Shown piece by piece: positions 59,185 to 64,000 of a DNA stretch of 64,000 nucleotides; within the stretch, counting starts at the first letter, position 1; the number at the start of each line of letters is the position of its first letter. Source of the stretch: Candidatus Latescibacterota bacterium (GTDB lineage Bacteria; Latescibacterota; UBA2968; GCA-2709665). Below the pieces are notes generated by a model. The model had not been told where the DNA came from. It did no database searches and saw nothing but the letters and a program-made list of their open reading frames with translations. The stretch is taken from positions 5,024,001 through 5,088,000 of the forward strand of contig OZ242358.1 of NCBI GenBank assembly GCA_965208835.1, written 5' to 3'. The translations under genes and the position numbers were made by a program.

Positions 59185-59770
59185 ACAGGATAGGCAGGAT
59201 TAGAATCCAAGAGCAAGATCAAAAACGACCAGGATTAAGCAGGATTAGAACCCAAGGCAAGATAAAAAACGAACAGGATTAAGCAGGATTAGAACCTCAA
59301 GGCAGGATCAAAAGCGATCAGGTTTAACTGGATTAGAACCCAAGGCAGGATAAAAACCAATCAGGATTAACAGCATCACAAGCCCAAGTGCATAAACAAA
59401 AACGAACAGGATTAAGCAGGATTAGAACCTCAAGGCAGGATCAAAAGCGATCAGGTTTGACTGGATTGGAAGCCACGGCAGGATAAAAACCAATCAGGAT
59501 TAACAGCATCACAAGCCCAAGTGCATAAACAAAAACGAACAGGATTAAGCAGGATTAGAACCTCAAGGCAGGATCAAAAGCGATCAGGTTTGACTGGATT
59601 GGAAGCCACGGCAGGATAAAAACCAATCAGGACTAACAGCATCACAAGCCCACGTGCATAAACAAAAACGAACAGGATTAAGCAGGATTAGAACCTCAAG
59701 GCAGGATCAAAAGCGATCGGGATTAACTGGATTAGAAGCCACGGCAGGATAAAAACCAATCAGGATTGAG
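59185..59770 (+). repeat. Higher-order tandem repeat array (133-bp period made of three ~44-bp related subunits)
   Basis: AAAAACGAACAGGATTAAGCAGGATTAGAACC starts at 59265, 59398, 59531 and 59664; degenerate subunits from ~59185. Confidence 0.92.
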
Positions 59771-59953
59771 AAACAAAAGCAGGTTCAGGCCTGTCCAAAA
59801 TCGTCGTTTCCGGATTATTTCATATCGGATCTGGAATCCTCTCCTTACGGGTCGCCGAAGAACCGGGTAAAACCTCAAGTCCCTGCTCCGGACGCGAGCG
59901 TCGTGCGACCGAAGGCAATCTGCATTCTTTCACGGCATGATCCACCCATATCC

Positions 59954-60102
59954 GGAGCGAGGGCATCCTGCCCTCGAACTTCACGTCACCTGCCATTTTC
60001 CACATCAAGGGCCAATTGCTTCCTTTCCATTGCAAATCACATCTGGAATGACGGCGCAAAGACCCCTCCGATTCGCCGTCGAGAGCAGGATGCCCTCGCT
60101 CC
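59954..60102. repeat. Inverted pair of REP-like palindromes
   Basis: GGAGCGAGGGCATCCTGCCCTCG (59954-59976) and its near reverse complement at 60080-60102. Confidence 0.75.
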
Positions 60103-60276
60103 CGGGAACGCCAACCGCATCGGCCACAGGTCGTTGTCTGTGCTGGACAGCAGTGACGCAATTTGCATATATAATGGATCATGCACCTTGCGTTCGGTTC
60201 AGCGTTGAATTCCCCCCCACCGCATCAGCCGTCGCCGGAACCTTCAACTAGCTCAGGGGACGGCTCGGCTTCTGCG

Positions 60277-60297
60277 ACTCCCCCTCAAGGGGGGAGT
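60277..60297. repeat. REP-like hairpin
   Basis: ACTCCCCCTCAAGGGGGGAGT. Confidence 0.55.
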
Positions 60298-60450
60298 GAT
60301 CGGATCGCATATCGATCTGGCTATGCTTGATTGCAGCGATGTCGCGTGAGGATACGATGCCGAATATACCCTATCCACCGGCCAGCCGTTGCCTTTAAAG
60401 AATACCTTCGAAGCCGACCGTAAAGTGCCTACTGCTCACCTGCTGATCGC

Positions 60451-61071
60451 CTATATCAACCCCTTCTCCGTCGCGATTGCGACGGCTTCGGTGCGGTTTC
60501 CCGCGCCGAGTTTGGCGAGGACTTCGCTCACGTGGAACTTGACGGTACGTTCGGAGATGTAGAGCCGGTCGGCGATTTCCTTGTTCAGCAGGCCTGTTGC
60601 GATCAGATTCAGCACTTCCTTCTGCCGCGCTGTCAACGCATCCGGATCGTTGATGCTGTCCAGAAACCTGGATGCAACCGCCGGTTCCAGCAATGACCCG
60701 CCTTCATTGACGACACGCACCGCACGAAACACGTCTTCTCTCGGCGCGCCCTTGAGCAAATACCCCATCGCCCCTGCACGCATGGCGGAAACAATGCGGT
60801 CGTCCGTGTCAAAGACGGTGAACACAATCGTCCGCGCCCGGACGTTCATTTTCTTCAACCGCTGAAGGGTCTCGATACCATCCACCCCGGGCATCTCCAG
60901 ATCCAGCAGCAGCACATCAGGGTCGTCATCTACCACCTTCCGCACTGCCTCGTCACCGTCGCCGGCTTCTCCCACCACCTCGAAATCGGACTGCGTATTC
61001 AACATCGCGGCCAGACCGTCGCGCACAACGGGGTGGTCGTCTACGATCAGAATGCGAATCGGCGCGCTCAT
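60451..61071 (-). CDS. NarL/LuxR-family response regulator
   Basis: ILIVDDHPVVR, LLLDLEMP, GYLLK, LTARQKEVL..G..NKEIA..L.ISERTVKFH. Confidence 0.95.
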   Translation of the reverse strand: MSAPIRILIVDDHPVVRDGLAAMLNTQSDFEVVGEAGDGDEAVRKVVDDDPDVLLLDLEMPGVDGIETLQRLKKMNVRARTIVFTVFDTDDRIVSAMRAGAMGYLLKGAPREDVFRAVRVVNEGGSLLEPAVASRFLDSINDPDALTARQKEVLNLIATGLLNKEIADRLYISERTVKFHVSEVLAKLGAGNRTEAVAIATEKGLI

Positions 61072-62264
61072 TTCGGCTCCTGCGCAGGAATGCGGATTTC
61101 CAGTCGGGTACCGCGCCCGGGCGCACTGTCAATTACCAGCGATCCCCCCATTAAGTGCGCCCGTTCTCTCATTCCGATCAGACCGTGCCGACCCTCCAGA
61201 TCGCCTTCAACTTCGAATCCAGTGCCGTTGTCTTCGACGACAAGCGCCACATGATCGGGCGTCGACGTCAGTATGAGGCGCGCTCCGGTTGCGCCCGCAT
61301 GTTCCGCGACGTTGTTCATCGCCTCCTGCGCCATGCGATACAAGCCGGATTCGACCCTGGCGTTCAGAGGGTGTCCGCCAACACACTCCACGCGGACGTC
61401 CACGCCTGCCCTGGATCCGATTTCCTTCCCCAAATCTTCCAATGCTCCTTGCAGCGAGCGATTCTCGAGCGGCGCCGCCCGGAGGTCCAGTACCGCACGG
61501 CGCGCATCCTCGAGATTGTTGCGGGCCAGTGTCATTGCGCCGCGCAAGACCCCGGACAGCTCTTCGCGATCCGTATCGTTGTCAAGCAGCGCGTCCAGCG
61601 TTTCCAGTCGCATGAGAATAGCTGCCAGATTCTGACCGAGGGTATCGTGGACTTCCCGAGCGAGTCGGAGTCGCTCGTTCGCGACGCCGGTTTCGACGCT
61701 CTGCTCATACAACCGCGCCCGTTCGATTGCGATGCTTGTCAGATCGCCCACCGTATTGAGCAGGCGCAAGTCCTCGGACGAAAGTTCGCGCCACTCGACG
61801 CTCGCCACGTTCAACACACCCACTCTTTTCGCCTTCGCGTACAGTGGAATGCTCGCGTGATACCGCAAACCTCCCGTCCCTTCAACAAGCCCCTTCAGCC
61901 TGCTGCAGGTTACGACGTTCACGTTTGCGGCCCCCTTCAGATCACCCTTCCGATATGTATCCAGGCAGTAGCACCATCCGCCCATTTCTTCCGGATTGTC
62001 CTGCAACGCGGGCGGCAGGTTTAGTGCGGCAGCCAGGTACGGTTCGCCGGTCTCCTCGTTCATGAGCCAGATCCAGCTTGTACTCAGGTCGAGCAACGCG
62101 GCAACCTTGCGAAGTGTTGCTTCCAGGGCCTGATCCAGATCAACAGACTGGTTCAGTGCGTGGGCAATATCGTTCAGCACGGAAAGTTCGCGATTGCGCT
62201 GTCCGAGTTGGTCGATCGAAGTCGGCATGATGTCTTTCGATAGCATTAGTTTTTTTACCGTCAA
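61068..62264 (-). CDS. GAF-domain sensor histidine kinase (HisKA_3), cytoplasmic
   Basis: GAF domain; ERLRLAREVHDTLGQ, QEAMNNVAEHA, VEDNGTGF, GLIGMRERA; start uncertain. Confidence 0.92.
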   Translation of the reverse strand: MTVKKLMLSKDIMPTSIDQLGQRNRELSVLNDIAHALNQSVDLDQALEATLRKVAALLDLSTSWIWLMNEETGEPYLAAALNLPPALQDNPEEMGGWCYCLDTYRKGDLKGAANVNVVTCSRLKGLVEGTGGLRYHASIPLYAKAKRVGVLNVASVEWRELSSEDLRLLNTVGDLTSIAIERARLYEQSVETGVANERLRLAREVHDTLGQNLAAILMRLETLDALLDNDTDREELSGVLRGAMTLARNNLEDARRAVLDLRAAPLENRSLQGALEDLGKEIGSRAGVDVRVECVGGHPLNARVESGLYRMAQEAMNNVAEHAGATGARLILTSTPDHVALVVEDNGTGFEVEGDLEGRHGLIGMRERAHLMGGSLVIDSAPGRGTRLEIRIPAQEPK

Positions 62265-62289
62265 CAGGCCTTGCCAATATATCTCCTGG

Positions 62290-63396
62290 TCAGGGCAAAA
62301 TCAAATGCAGATCGCCGAATTCGTGCCACAGGTACCCTTCGGCAAGCGCCGCCTCATAAGTCAGTTTCAGATGATCCAGCCCCGCCAATGCCTGCAGCAT
62401 GGACAGATGGGTGGCGCTCGGTTCGTGCATTCCGGTCAGCAAGCCGTTTACGACTCGCATGGGTCGTTCCGGTGAAATCACCAGTGTTGTCCATCCCTCA
62501 CCTTGAGAGACGCGTCCGGTCCTGTCGGCAACGGTTTCGATCGCCCGGACGACCGTGGTGCCTACGGCGACAATCCGCCCGCCGCTCTTTCGGGCGTTGT
62601 CAATCACCTGCGCGGTTTCGGCCGGAACGCGGTAGAACTCCTCATAGGGCGGCTCATCGGACTCCAGACTCGCGACCCCGGTATGCAGGACGAGTGGCGC
62701 AATTTGAACGCCCTTCGCCACCAGGTCGGTGATGACCCGGGGCGTGAACGCGCGGCCGGCAGACGGCATTTCCGCGCTGCCCGTCTCCGTCGCGTAGACG
62801 TTCTGGTAAAGCTCAATGGGCCAATTGTCCCGCGCATAACCGTACCGAACCGGCATCCCGTAAACTTCCAGATAAGAATCGACGTCAAAGGGTAATTTCA
62901 ACGTCGCGATCCATAAACGCACGTCGGCTTCGGGATCGTCCCTAAGTTCGGGCCTGTAGGGCGCGTGCAGGTGCACTTCCCCGCCACCGGGCAACGCGTA
63001 CACCTCGCCCGCACGGGCGATAAAAAAGGGCCGTGTGCCGTCGGATGCGCGCACTTCAACCGCCCACATCTCGGCCGGCAATTGCGTTGACAAGTGCAGT
63101 CTGAGTCCGGAATCATCAGACTGCAAGATCGGCAGGGACGCCTTGCGGGTGCCGCTCGTATTGATCACCATCACGTCGCCCGGGCGCAACACATCGGGAA
63201 GTTCGCGAAACGCAATGTGTTCGATTGAGTCATCGCTTCGCCGCGACACCATCAGGCGAACGGCATCCCGGCCAAGGCCGCGCGCTTCAGGTGGTTCGCC
63301 TGCCTCCAGGTGTGCGGGAAGCTCAAAGGCCAGAGAGTCGAGCTTTGAATTCACCATGGTAACGGGTAGTACCGAATTCGGCATTGAATCAGACAT
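62290..63396 (-). CDS. QueA-like protein (divergent paralogue)
   Basis: RLMV, GDVMVINTS, YQNVYA..TGSAEMPSAGRAFT, LHTG, VAVGTTVVRAIE, YLWHEFGDLHLILP. Confidence 0.85.
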   Translation of the reverse strand: MSDSMPNSVLPVTMVNSKLDSLAFELPAHLEAGEPPEARGLGRDAVRLMVSRRSDDSIEHIAFRELPDVLRPGDVMVINTSGTRKASLPILQSDDSGLRLHLSTQLPAEMWAVEVRASDGTRPFFIARAGEVYALPGGGEVHLHAPYRPELRDDPEADVRLWIATLKLPFDVDSYLEVYGMPVRYGYARDNWPIELYQNVYATETGSAEMPSAGRAFTPRVITDLVAKGVQIAPLVLHTGVASLESDEPPYEEFYRVPAETAQVIDNARKSGGRIVAVGTTVVRAIETVADRTGRVSQGEGWTTLVISPERPMRVVNGLLTGMHEPSATHLSMLQALAGLDHLKLTYEAALAEGYLWHEFGDLHLILP

Positions 63397-63415
63397 GAGA
63401 AACCCCTTTCACCCA

Positions 63416-64000
63416 TTAGCTCGTGGCTGCGGTGAATGACTCACGCGCTTCGTAACGCCCGCTTTCGTACGGACCGTCCAGCAGTTCGATGAATCCGGCT
63501 ACGCTCGATTCAGGCAAGGGACGATCGCTGATATCCTCTCCGGGAAATGCCTCCTGATGCATCCGTGTCCGCATATCGCCCGGATCCACCCGGTAGACGC
63601 GCAAGTCCGGGCGTTCAGCGGCAAGTACGTTCGAAATCTGTTCAAGTGCCGCCTTTGAGGAACCGTATCCGCCCCACCCCTCGTACGCCTCGCGCGCGGC
63701 GTCGCTCGTCACGTTGACTATACGTGCGCCAGGCTTCAACGCATGTCGAACCGCCTGCAGCACGCCCAGAGGCGCAATTGCATTGGCGCGATACACATCT
63801 TCCAGGATATCGAGTGGATAATCGAGCAATTCAGGCTGTGGACTCGGCCCGAGCATGCCGGCATTGTTGATCACGGCGTCCAGTCCGCCGGCTTCACGCG
63901 CGGCCCGGGAAAGCTTCAGGCGATGTTCGGACCCGGTCACGTCTCCGGGAATGGCAATGACGTCTGTCCACTTCGCCAGTTCCTTGCGCACGCCCTCAAG
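63416..64000 (-). CDS. Short-chain dehydrogenase/reductase (N-terminus outside the window)
   Basis: INNAG, VNVTS, YGSSK, VDPGDMRT. Confidence 0.92.
   Translation of the reverse strand, partial: LEGVRKELAKWTDVIAIPGDVTGSEHRLKLSRAAREAGGLDAVINNAGMLGPSPQPELLDYPLDILEDVYRANAIAPLGVLQAVRHALKPGARIVNVTSDAAREAYEGWGGYGSSKAALEQISNVLAAERPDLRVYRVDPGDMRTRMHQEAFPGEDISDRPLPESSVAGFIELLDGPYESGRYEARESFTAATS

Noticed and set aside
58002-59222. 406-aa minus-strand ORF
   Set aside because: Antisense to the ABC permease; no domain signal.
59185-59770. CRISPR array
   Set aside because: The intervening segments repeat rather than being unique spacers, and there are no cas genes in the window.

Overview
64 kb of a GC-rich bacterial genome. 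Dockerin-like and FlgD/T9SS-type protein tails, four PhyH dioxygenases, an ankyrin protein and sialidase-like propellers suggest a Latescibacterota/Gemmatimonadota-like, possibly sponge-associated organism (inference only). Left to right: (1) a partial Tsx-like outer-membrane channel; (2) a translationally coupled, lower-GC nurA-herA-DNA methyltransferase operon, the best candidate for an undescribed restriction-like defence system; (3) an alpha-carbonic anhydrase; (4) a porin / periplasmic binding protein / HAMP-only membrane protein / OFA-MFS cluster; (5) a minus-strand run of catabolic genes; (6) a ~23 kb all-plus-strand accessory block with attC-like sites but no integrase, decayed toxin-antitoxin modules, chimeric and frameshifted genes, MITEs and an IS1595 transposase next to an MTase-Mrr gene; (7) a cobalamin-riboswitch operon for corrinoid uptake and salvage (btu-like genes, cbiZ, cbiB) with two unusual secreted proteins; (8) a non-coding higher-order tandem array with a 133-bp period; (9) an SDR / QueA-paralogue / two-component cluster. 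No rRNA, tRNA or CRISPR array was recognised. All calls come from reading motifs by eye; no database search was run.
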